This document shows positions 41,586-54,964 of a stretch of DNA of 64,000 bases, in pieces. Source of the DNA: the human T2T-CHM13v2.0 reference genome, Homo sapiens; the NCBI RefSeq assembly GCF_009914755.1, contig NC_060928.1. One strand, given 5' to 3'. Positions within the stretch are counted from its first letter, which is position 1, and the number at the start of each line of letters is the position of its first letter. The translations under genes were made by a program, and so were the position numbers. The notes below the pieces were generated by a model. It was given only the letters and a program-made list of their open reading frames with translations. It did not search any database and had not been told where the DNA came from.

Positions 41586-42436
41586 TAGTGATTTAAGCAG
41601 AAATGGGATTTATTAAAAGGTTGCAGCCCCTGAAAGACTAGGGCACTGTGAGGCTTAGAGGCTGTACCCAGAATCATACCACAGAATCAGCCTAACAAAG
41701 ATCCCACTGGGTCTGCCACTGTGAACACCAACACTGCAGCTACACACTGACCCAGATCCCAGTCACTGCTATGGGGTCCCTTGTCCTCAGGAAAGTGGAT
41801 GGAGCTGTTACTGCTGCCACCTATAGCCAGAAGTAGGTCACACAGAGGCAAGATAAGCTATAAAATAAATAACAGATACAAACGCAACAGCACTGCACCA
41901 ACAAAGGAGGAGGCCTGAAGCTGGGGTCCAGGAGGCCCCAGTGGTACTAGACGTTCACCCTTTAGTGGCTGCATTATAAGAGCCTTCAGCACAGACGTCC
42001 TGTGGTAGGGAGGAGGGGGCATGTGGGCAACATCCCATTATTGACCGTCACGACAACATCTCAGTGCTTTAACAACTGGTGATACCATCCCAGTGCATAG
42101 CACTTCCCTCTGCTAACCAGTCTCTGGTAAGGAGAATAGAATACTTGGCTTAGATTAATCAAGATCTAGCCCCATCTGGGTGAACTGGAGTTAGTGTCAC
42201 CTTTTCTGGGCATATGGCTGTTCAGTGAGTGAACAAAAGATAAAATCAGGACTCTGCCAACAAGCAAGGAGGTGATGGGGGAAGCTAAAATGGCATAAAC
42301 AATCCATAGTGTCTGTGATGCACGCCCTGATTCACTCCCAGTGGTGAAGTGGGATGGGGGACACAGGACAGAGAAACTCAAGGCCCAAGGGGTTGGGTGT
42401 TAGTGTACCCTGGAACACAGGGTGGTCACAGAGGCC

Positions 42437-42548
42437 TAGGACAGCCGACCGTCTCACTTTGCCTGTGACAGGGGATTCCCTGGATGTGGGACTTTCCATG
42501 CTAATATCAGCAAAGCACTGAGCAAATCAGGACAAACTGTTCACTCTA
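42437..42548 (+). mobile_element. MER81 hAT-Blackjack MITE
   Basis: About 112 bp, tagg...cta termini, internal ggggattccc...gggactttcc...ctaa matching the recalled MER81 layout. Confidence 0.75.
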
Positions 42549-42689
42549 CGGCAAGGCCAGTGAGTTCATGATCTCCATAATGTTACTTAAGAGAAGCTAG
42601 AAAGGGCCAGAGAGGTCACGTGCTGTGCCCAAGGCCACTCTGCTAATTCATTCATCCCTTTTCTTCATTGGTCACTGATGCATTCAATG

Positions 42690-42940
42690 TTACTTTACCA
42701 AGTGCTTATCATTGTAGAACTGTGCCCAGCACAGCTCTAGGCACTTCACATGTATTGATCTATTTAATCTTCACAAGAATCCTAGGAAAGAGGTGGCATA
42801 TTATCCCCATTCTACAGATGAACAAATTGAGACATAGAGAGGTTAAATAACTTGCCCAGGTCAGACAGCTATTAGGTGGCAAGAACACGATGTCTTAGGC
42901 AGTCAGGCTCCGAGCACATGTCCTCATCCCATGCTGCACA
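42690..42940 (-). mobile_element. MIR
   Basis: ttatccccattctacagatgaacaaattgagacatagagaggttaaataacttgccc core. Confidence 0.85.
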
Positions 42941-43682
42941 GTTCAGAAACCATCTGAAGAGGCACAGCCTAGAGGTGGACCTAGACTGTATTCTAGTTCA
43001 CATCCATCTAGGCCCCCCACTACAGATGAAGTATGCTATCAGGCTCACAAGTGTCTGGAGGAAGAGCGGCAGGGAGACCAAGAAGGGCCTGTTATAGATG
43101 GTTGTCACCAGGGCTTATGTTACAGAAGGCTGAGTCTCTGCTCAAGAGGTTAAGCTTGGAGATGTGGCACTGTAGGGAGTATGACATTATGGATTATTGG
43201 GCTGGTGACATGGTACATGACATCACCGTACCTCAACTTTCAGAGCTAGGAGATTGGGAATCTGGACCAAATGATGGTGAAGGCCTCACCTAGGATTTGG
43301 GGTATTAAGTATTTTAACTCATCAGAAATAACATCTGAGGTCAGGAACATCAAGGCAGTCACTAAACATGAAAGAAAGTCAAATTAGCCTAAAGCAGCTG
43401 TAACATCATTTATTTCCTTTTGCCTTTGGTGATTTGTTTTGCATGCTGCTATTAGTAAAAATCAGGCCTCTGATTTCAGGATAAGCCAAGGAAAAAGAAG
43501 AAGCAATAAATATTAATTTATGTTGGTCTTTACAGATACCCTTTGTAATCAAAGCACATCCAAATCCTCTACCCCACAAAAAAAAAAAAAAAAAGACTTG
43601 TGTCTGCATTTTTTCCCTTAGAGAGAGAGAATGTTGAATCTCTTCCTCTTCATTCTGACATTTTTACTTCCTTTGTTGCCAG

Positions 43683-43808
43683 GCAAAGTGGCCACCAGAT
43701 TGGGTGGAAGGGGCTCTTTCTACGGCATTTCATGACTGAGCCTCCAAGAACAACCTGTATTGAGTTTCTCTTTGAGATGATTGGACTGCTCTATCCAGCA
43801 TCATTGAG
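43683..43808 (+). other. Candidate internal exon (126 nt), probably lncRNA
   Basis: Branch-like CTGAC 43655-43659, pyrimidine tract, CAG|G acceptor, GAG|GTAAGT donor. Confidence 0.45.
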
Positions 43809-44348
43809 GTAAGTGAATTCTCTAATGAGTTATTTATGTTATGTTGCCCATAAAAATACTTAACATGCTTTAGTTCGTGACTTATGAATAAGTAAATTGC
43901 TTTTTGCTACTGCCACCTCAAGGGGTAACAAGTTAACCAACTCCTTTACCATTGAAATCTCTGCATGGTAGTGTTCTGGTTATACTGCCTTCTTTCTGAT
44001 AAGGCCTTAGATCACTCAGCAGATGATCCGGCCTAGGCTGCAAAAGATAAGCTGTGCAGTCCTAGGACAAGGTGCTTTTCCCCGTGCCTCCAGACCGGTA
44101 ACACTGCTTCCTTCTTAGGACCTTTCATGTCTCCTCATAGTTTTCTAACTCCATACTTTCTTTTATGTGCCCTTGCAGAGAAACAAAAAGAATTTTCTAG
44201 AATCAAAAACATCTATAGTCCCTCTAGGTATTTAAATTTTTAGATGTTTTCTTTTAAATAAGCTCCTCCAAAAATGCTTCTGTTGGTAGGTGATACTGAT
44301 CACGTTGGTTGTTTACATCTGAAAGCAGGATGTTGTCTCGAAACTCAC

Positions 44349-44414
44349 CGCTGGGATTTTCAGGGACAGAGAAAGGCCCACAGCATACCAGCTGTCTTCA
44401 ACATTGTAATTTAG
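44349..44414 (-). other. Candidate internal exon (66 nt), probably lncRNA
   Basis: Minus-strand acceptor catttctgttgtctttcag| and donor gcg|GTGAGT. Confidence 0.4.
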
Positions 44415-45122
44415 CTGAAAGACAACAGAAATGTTCATGCATGCGTTTATTCACTTGTACATACATACACTATTTATTCACTTATACATTACATATACAT
44501 TACAATAGTATGTATACTATTCACTTATACATACACTTGTACACCTATACACTATTATTGAGTGCCTGCTGTATATTAGGTATTTCAGAAACAATACAAG
44601 TGGTTTCTGAGCTCTGAGCTCTGGCTCTCAGAGCAGGGGCCAAGGAATGGAGTTATGACAGAAGGGTCACAAGTCCCCATGTACCCCAAGCACTGTCTGC
44701 CAATTTTTATTCTCTTCTTATTCGGGCACTCACTTGACAAATATCTACTGCATGTCTACAACATGGCTGGTAGAATAATGTTTCACACATGCCTGTGTAT
44801 TTTCCAAAAGTACTTGGATGCAGTTGTGATCAATTAAATATAAGTCCATTTGAAAGTTTTACTGAAACTTTTAATGTTCTTTTGTCATTATTTTCTCAGC
44901 CAATGGATTCCAAAAGTTCATTGTTGTCATAGAACTGCACAAAAAGAGTTAAAAATGTGTTTTTCTACTGGAAAATGGGGGGGACCATCTGCTAGTTCTG
45001 TGTCAGAAGCCTAATGCAGAATTCACAGCAATTCCAGAAGGTGTGGGGTTTTGTAGACCACCAGAAGTCTAGAGGCCAGAAAACCAGGGAGGCCTGGGGA
45101 AGCTCAGAAAGGATTTAACTAG

Positions 45123-45319
45123 TTTTTATGCATAACTTAGACAAATGTCCTTTTCATACCATAGACAAACAATGGACTAGTTAAATACATATAGTGTAGT
45201 ATTATACTGTATTTAGCTAGTATAGTATTTAACTACAGTATAATATTATACTGTATTGAACTAGTCTTTATGTTTGTCTATGGAATGAAAAGGGCACTGC
45301 TCTTTATTATGCAAAAAAA
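45123..45319. repeat. ~200-bp imperfect nested palindrome, MITE-like
   Basis: Arms ccttttcataccatagacaaaca...gactagttaaataca and tgtattgaactagtc...tgtttgtctatggaatgaaaagg are reverse complements. Confidence 0.85.
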
Positions 45320-46020
45320 TTCTCTTTTAAAATAATTTAATGACTAATTAGATTACTTTATGTCATTATTACCTCTTATATATGATAAATAGTACAGAAA
45401 TTTGGACATCCAATCTCAGCCTTACTAAACAATCCTGATTATTTGGCTCCATTTCTGCAGTTTAGCTTTTTCTAAAGCAAAATATGCTATAATTATCTAT
45501 GCTGATGGTTCTTTATACCTTTCAAAGTGCCTTCCCTATATACTGTTTTGTTGAATGTCACCAAAACTATGAGATATGGACAGGACAGGAATCACTGTCC
45601 TCATTTCATAGATGAAGTTACAGATGTTAGTTATAGAATTTCCATGAATGAATTATGCAGATACAAAATAGGCAAGGGTTACCTAGGTAAGATGGCCAGA
45701 AAAATGGATTATGAATAAATGTAAAATGATTCTAGGATATATAATCTGAATGAGGGAAGGGGGAGGGAAACTAGAATCCTTTTCTTCTATTGGACATCGT
45801 TCAAGTTCTAAGACCACCATGCTCACTTTAAATTCCCATCATTAATGATGAAGTAAAGCTATTTTAAGGGGGTCCAGAAAAAACATATATTTTTTCATTT
45901 TTTTTCTTTTTTTTTTATTATCATTATACTTTAAGTTTTAGGGTACATGTGCACAATGTGCAGGTTAGTTACATATGTATACATGTGCTATGCTGGTGTG
46001 CTGCACCCATTAACTCATCA

Positions 46021-48307
<2,287 letters not shown>

Positions 48308-48370
48308 TATGATGTTAGCTGGTTATTTTGCTCGTTAGTTGATGCAGTTTCTTCCTAGTCTCGATGGTCT

Positions 48371-49385
48371 TTACATTTTGGCATGATTTTGCAGCAGCTG
48401 GTACAAGTTGTGCCTTTCCATGTTTAGTGCTTCCTTCAGGAGCTCTTGTAGGGCAGGCCTGGTGGTGACAAAATCTCTCAGCATTTGCTTGTCTGTAAAG
48501 TATTTTATTTCTCCTTCACTTATGAAGCTTAGTTTGGCTGGATATGAAATTCTGGGTTGTAAATTCTTTTCTTTAAGAATGTTGAATGTTGGCCCCCACT
48601 CTCTTCTGGCTTGTAGAGTTTCTGCTGAGAGATCTGCTGTTCGTCTGATGGGCTTCCCTTTGTGGGTAACCTGACCTTTCTCTCTGGCTGCCCTTAACAT
48701 TTTTTCCTTCATTTCAACTTTGGTGAATCTGACAATTATGTGTCTTGGAGTTGCTCTTCTCGAGGAATATCTTTGTGGTGTTCTCTGTATTTCCTGAATC
48801 TGAATGTTGGCCTGCCTTGCTAGATTGGGGAAGTTCTCCTGGATAATATCCTGCAGTGTTTTCCAACTTGGTTCCATTCTCCCCGTCACTTTCAGGTACA
48901 CCAATCAGACGCAGATTTGGTCTTTTCACATAGTCCCATATTTCTTGGAGGCTTTGTTCGTTTCTTTTTATTCTTTTTTCTCTAAACTTCCCTTCTCACT
49001 TCATTTCATTCATTTCATCTTCCATCGCTGATACCCTTTCTTCCAGTTGATCGCATCGGCTCCTGAGGCTTCTGCATTCTTCACGTAGTTCTCAAGCCTT
49101 GGCTTTCAGCTCCATCAGCTCCTTTAAGCACTTCTCTGTATTGGTTATTCTAGTTATACATTCGTCTAAATATTTTTCAAAGTTTTCAACTTCCTTGCCT
49201 TTGGTTTGAATTTCCTCCTGTAGCTCGGAGTAGTTTGATCGTCTGAAGCTTTCTTCTCTCAACTCCTCAAAGTCATTCTCTGTCCAGCTTTGTTATGTTG
49301 CTGGTGAGGAACTGCGTTCCTTTGGAGGAGGAGAGGTGCTCTGCTTTTTAGAGTTTCCAGTTTTTCTGCTCTGTTTTTTCCCCAT
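48371..49385 (-). pseudogene. L1 ORF1 remnant
   Basis: ATG GGG AAA start, RPNLRLIGVPE, YPAKLS motifs; in-frame TGA near 48995 and a 2-nt frameshift near 48855. Confidence 0.9.
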
Positions 49386-50418
49386 CTTTGTGGTTTTATC
49401 TACTTTTGGTCTTTGATGATGGTGATGTACAGATGGGTTTTTGGTGTGGATGTCCTTTCTGTTTGTTAGTTTTCCTTCTAAAAGACAGGACCCTCAGCTG
49501 CAGGTCTGTTGGAGTTTGCTAGAGGTCCACTCCAGACCCTATTTGCCTGGGTATCAGCAGCAGTGTCTGCAGAACCTCGGATTTTCATGATCCACGAATG
49601 CTGCTGTCTGATCGTTCCTCTGGAAATTTTGTCTCAGAGGAGTACCCGGCCGTGTGAGGTGTCAGTCTGCCCCTACTGGGGGGTGCCTCCCAGTTAGGCT
49701 GCTCGGGGGTCAGGGGTCAGAGACCCACCTGAGGAGGCAGTCTGCCCATTCTCAGATCTCCAGCTGCGTGCTGGGAGAACCACTGCTCTACTCAAAGCTG
49801 TCAGACAGGGACATTTAAGTCTGCAGAGGTTACTGCTGTCTTTTTGTTTGTCTGTGCCCTGCCCCCAGAGGTGGAGCCTACAGAGGCAGGCAGGCCTCCT
49901 TGAGCTGTGGTGGGCTCCACCCAGTTCGAGCTTCCCGGCTTTTTTGTTTACCTAAGCGAGCCTGGGCAATGGTGGGCGCCCCTCCCCCAGCCTCGCTGCC
50001 GCCTTGCAGTTTGATCTCAGACTGCTGTGCTAGCAATCAGCGAGACTCCGTGGGCGTAGGACCCTCTGAGCCATGTGCGGGATATAATCTCCTGGTGTGC
50101 CATTTCCTAAGCCCGTCAGAAAAGCGCAGTATTTGGGTGGGAGTGGCCCGATTTTCCAGGTGCCGTCTGTCACCCCTTTCCTTGACCAGGAAAGGGAACT
50201 CCCTGACCCCTTGCGCTTCCCAAGTGAGGCAATGCCTCACCGTGCTTCGGCTGGCGCACGGTGCGCTGCACCTACTGTCCTGTGCCCACTGTCTGGCACT
50301 CCCTAGTGAGATGAACCCGGTACCTCAGATGGAAATGCAGAAATAACCCGTCTTCTGCGTCGCTCACACTGGGAACTGTAGACCGGAGCTGTTCCTATTC
50401 GGCCATCTTGGCTTCTCT
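49386..50418 (-). promoter_or_regulatory. L1 5' UTR with sense promoter and antisense promoter
   Basis: YY1 motif AAGATGGCC at 50401-50409; CpG-containing UTR; retains the ~128-bp segment 49516-49643 absent from younger L1s. Confidence 0.85.
49969..50346 (+). CDS. L1 ORF0, antisense ORF, 125 aa here
   Basis: MVGAPPPASLPPCSLISDCCASNQRDSVGVGPSEP matches the ORF0 N-terminus; GCAATGG Kozak context; expression unproven. Confidence 0.6.
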   Translation: MVGAPPPASLPPCSLISDCCASNQRDSVGVGPSEPCAGYNLLVCHFLSPSEKRSIWVGVARFSRCRLSPLSLTRKGNSLTPCASQVRQCLTVLRLAHGALHLLSCAHCLALPSEMNPVPQMEMQK

Positions 50419-50452
50419 AAAAATATATATATTTTCAAAAGAATGGAAAATA

Positions 50453-50751
50453 GGCCAGTCATGGTGGCTCCTGCCTATAATCCCAGGGCTTTGGGAGGCC
50501 GAGGCGGGTGGATTGCTTGAGGCCAGAAATTTGATACCAGCCTGCGCAACATGGCAAAACTCTGTCTCTACAAAAAATACAAAAATTAGCTGGGTATTGT
50601 GGTGCATGCCTGAAGTCCCAGCTACTTGGGAGGCTGGGGTGGAAGGATCACTTGAGCCAGGGAGGCCGGCCAAGGCTGCAGTGAGCCTTGCAGTGCCACT
50701 GCACTCCAGCCTGGGCAACAGAGTAAGGCCCTGTCTAAAAAAAAAAAAAAA
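50453..50751 (+). mobile_element. AluJ
   Basis: Full dimer; TSD core gaatggaaa. Confidence 0.9.
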
Positions 50752-51492
50752 GGAATGGAAAGAAAATCCAGAAAAGAATATCTCAGAAGCAGAATGATAC
50801 AAACAGGAAAATTTAAGAGCAGTTAAGTGAGATGTAAGTTGGCTGAATGTGATTCAACCAATCAGTAATTTTTGTTAACTGTATTTTCATGAAATGATAA
50901 TTTATGCGACCTTAAGAAATAAGATTAAATGATATTGGCTCTCATTTTAGGTAATGCATATTTAAGCAATAGGCAGCACTATCAAAAAACAGGCTTGGGT
51001 TTGAATTTTACCTTCAGTACACGTCAGCCATCAGACAAATCTTAATGCTTAATCTTTCTGAACTTCAATTTTTCCATCTCTAAACTGAGGATGATAATGC
51101 CTCCTTTGCACAATTGCTTCAAGGATTAAAGGCATTGTACGCAAAGCACCTAGTAAGGTGCCATGTAGCAGAAACTCAGCTAGGGGTGGCTGTTGTTTTG
51201 GCTGGTGGTGGTGGTTTATATTAATACGTGATCTTGTGGCTTGAGCATTAGACTTGGAGTCGAAGGACCTGTGTTTGCGCTGTGCCTCTTCCATTTAGTA
51301 ATGAGATATTGTTGAAGATATTTAGACTTATTCATCCTTAATGTCATCACTTGTAAAAATGAGTATAATTTCTCTTCCTATTTTTGTTTTGAGTTTCACA
51401 TGAAATATTTCTTAAATATAAATGTCATATAAAATAGAATATCACTACCACTAAGTCCTTGAAAACTAATCGCCTAGGTTAAAACATAGACA

Positions 51493-51546
51493 TGTCACTG
51501 TACAGTATACAAGGTGTCACTGTACAGTATACAAGGTATCACTGTA
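51493..51546. repeat. 22-bp tandem repeat, ~2.5 copies
   Basis: tgtcactgtacagtatacaagg x2 + tatcactgta. Confidence 0.9.
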
Positions 51547-51610
51547 ATGAGAATATGGGGTAGAATTTTATCTATATTTTCAGAAGTCCTGCACAATAAA
51601 AAAAAGTCTC

Positions 51611-51772
51611 AAATTAGTTGAGCATGGTAGCATGTTCCTATAGTCCCAGCTACTTGAGAGGCTGAGACAGGAGAATCTTTTGAGCCCCAAGAGTTAGAGG
51701 CTGCAGTGAGCCGTGATTGTGCACTCCAGCCTGGGTGACAGAGTGAGACAAATTTCAAATTAAAACAAGAAA
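51611..51772 (+). mobile_element. FRAM / Alu right monomer
   Basis: aaattagttgagcatggtagc ... ccagcctgggtgacagagtgagac. Confidence 0.85.
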
Positions 51773-52844
51773 TGTATAGTTAGCATAAAGGAATAATTCT
51801 CAATTTTAAGGAAGAGGACACATTTGAACAGGCTTACGATAGTCACAAAGGACTGTCCACTCCTGGGTGACATCAGAAAGGATCAACTGCCATCTGTCTG
51901 GGTCCTTTATTAGAGCATCCAAGATTCGTAAAGCTCAGAGGGAGTAGAGATAGTACAGCCACCCGCTGTGTGACAGAAGAGGAAACTGAGGCCCACAGAA
52001 GTGCAGTGACTTCATCACAAGGCCACCACAGCAAAAGGGGGCTGAGGAGTGGACCTGCCACCTGCCCCTGTCATCAGCAGGCTCGGGGTTTTGCATGACT
52101 ACACTGTTAGGTCCGTTCTGATGTATATGCCATGGGCTTTAGGTCTCTGGATCCGGTAAGTGGGAAATACTGGAGAGCAAATCCAAGGCTGCCTGCTAAG
52201 CTGGAGGTTAAAATCGCCCCAGACTGTTTCAGTGTAAGGCCGGAGGGCAGCGAAGGCTGGAAATCCACATCGTCAAGCTCCTTCCATCCTTGTGCATTGA
52301 TGATATCATCCAGGAAACATTTCAACAACATGGATGGAACTAAATGTCTTGCCAGGTGGTAGCTCGTGATATATACAGACAGCCCCTGAGTCACAAAGAA
52401 AGACTACAGAGGTCCCATACATACAAACAGCTGCCGCCATCCGCCTGGCCCCCACCACCCTGCAGCTGCCGTGGGCTGTGTGAAAAAAATTAAAAAAGAA
52501 AGAAAGGGATAGAAAAAAAATTTGGACCACTTGCAGATTCTAGACATTCAGAGGCAGAGGAAGGGGAAAAGCTGTGGAAACAGGAACAGCATAAGGGAAT
52601 AGACTCTTAGGATAAATTTTCTGCCACGGGCGATCTAGCAGCAATCCCCTCTGTCTCAGCCCTGAAAAGTCTCCTCCTGGGAATAACTGTCATTTCCTAT
52701 CCACACTGCCAGAAATTTTATCAATGTAGCGTTCTTTCCTCAAAAGCCTTTTTGGAATAAGGAAAGTGGGGAATAAATTATAATTAATTTTAACTTACCA
52801 CTAGAAATCTCTTTTGGAATGTCACTCTCCTTTATAATAATTAA

Positions 52845-53105
52845 TATCTACCTCATGGGGTTGCTGTGAAGACAAACTGGACTTTTAAAGTCCTTAGAAC
52901 TGTGCCCGATAGATGGTATAACTCTGAGAAGTGTTATAAAAGCACTAGCTCTCTAGATAATTACAATGATTCCCATTTTACAGGTGAGAGAACTGAGGTT
53001 GAGAGAAGTCATGTTACTCTGCCTAGACTACATAACTTATATGTAGAACTGGGATTCAAATCCAGGTCTGTCTTTCAATCCCACAATCCTAACCACTGTG
53101 CTACA
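52845..53105. mobile_element. Two oppositely oriented MIR fragments
   Basis: ctacctcatggggttgctgtgaaga (+) and cccattttacaggtgagagaactgagg (-). Confidence 0.7.
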
Positions 53106-53297
53106 CATAGTCATATGCCTGGCTTTGGAGGTGGGGGCAAGTGAAAGGATATTAGGGGCAGTCGTTCACAGGTTAGCAAGAATTAACTGTCAGATTGTTT
53201 TCCTACTGAAAATCAACTGAGCTCAGCCACACTCAGAAAATGGGAATTTTGTTGAGTGAGCAGGACAAGTAGGTTATTTGGAAAAGAACTGGGGTAA

Positions 53298-53646
<349 letters not shown>

Positions 53647-54659
53647 TAGGAAGTTTGGAGACGAAGATGCTCATAGGTGGGAGATACAGACAAAAAAGGG
53701 CAATTTGGAGAAAGCTGAAAACCAACACTGACCTATGTGAAATTTTATTTACGTCTAACCTTACACCCAGGAGATGGGGAAGATTTCTATCTTTCATCCC
53801 ACCCACGACTCCAGATAACTTGGTAGGCTACAAGATGGGTTAAATAAACTTTTGTGGGCTGGCTGGAAACATAACGCTTCCACTCCCATTTGTAATGCAT
53901 TTCTTTGGGGAAATGCGTGCTGAGTTCCAAACAAATGACTTGTAATTTAATACAACATGTGTATACTCTGCATCTCCACGGGCTGGGCACTGGACTAGGT
54001 GCTGAGCATATTAAAATAAATAAAGCAAGGTCCCTGCCCTTGGGCAGCCGGAGCCCTGTGAAGGAGGGAGATATGTGAGTAGCTAAGAGACAACGTGATA
54101 AGCGCAATAGGAGAGGTGTGTACAAAGTACCGTAGGGAAGCACTGAGGAAGGAGACTGGGAAATTGCTTTTAAATGAACTTTTGGAATCCAACTCCTCTG
54201 AAAGCTGGTAGCTGCAAGCAATGCGTTAGAAGTTACAGGAAGGACGCACTTACCATTTAGTACTGAATGAATTCATTCTTCAACAGGACGGTTGCTTGCT
54301 TTTTCCTTGGCAAGCCGTGGTATCAACACCTGTGTTTTTTCCCAAGAAGTGGGAGAAAGTGATGATTGTGTGGACTCTGAACTCAGACAGCTCGGGCTTG
54401 AATCTGACTTCCACTTACTAGTGAGATGACCTTTACCTAAGTCTGCTTCCTTATCTCTAAAATGGGGCCAATGCAAATACCTTATTTCTAGAGCTTCGGG
54501 GAGGACTTCCTCTCGTGACTGACACGGTGTAAATTTCTCACTCAGCTCTGGCTACTGTTAACCGAATGATAAGGCAGGAATCCCTGGCTTCAGATAACTT
54601 TATGCATTAGAGCTGTGTTTCAGAGACATAGTTTTAAGTGATACACAGATGAGCATTTT

Positions 54660-54964
54660 TATTTTTACTTATTTATTTATTTGAGATGGAGTCTTACTCT
54701 GTTGCCCAAGCTGGAGTGCAGTGGTGCGATCTCACCTCACGGCAACCTCCGCCTCCCAGGTTCAAGAGATTCTCCTGCCTCAGCCTCCTGAGTAGCTGAG
54801 GCTACAGGCACAAACCACTATGCCTGACTAATTTTTATATTTTTAGTAGAGATGGGGTTTCACTATGTTGGCAAGGCTGGTCTCGAACTCCTGACCTCAG
54901 GTGATCCGCCCAACTTGGCCTCCCAAAGTGCTAGGATTACAGGCTTGAGCCACTGTGCCCGGCC
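54660..54964 (-). mobile_element. AluSx-like
   Basis: Perfect TSD cagatgagcatttt (54646-54659, 54965-54978) at a TTTT/AA site. Confidence 0.95.

Noticed and set aside
44445-44560. Degenerate tattcacttatacat repeats
   Set aside because: Low-complexity expansion, probably at an L2 end, with no further structure.
49600-50410. CpG island of a cellular gene
   Set aside because: The CpG enrichment is explained by the L1 5' UTR.
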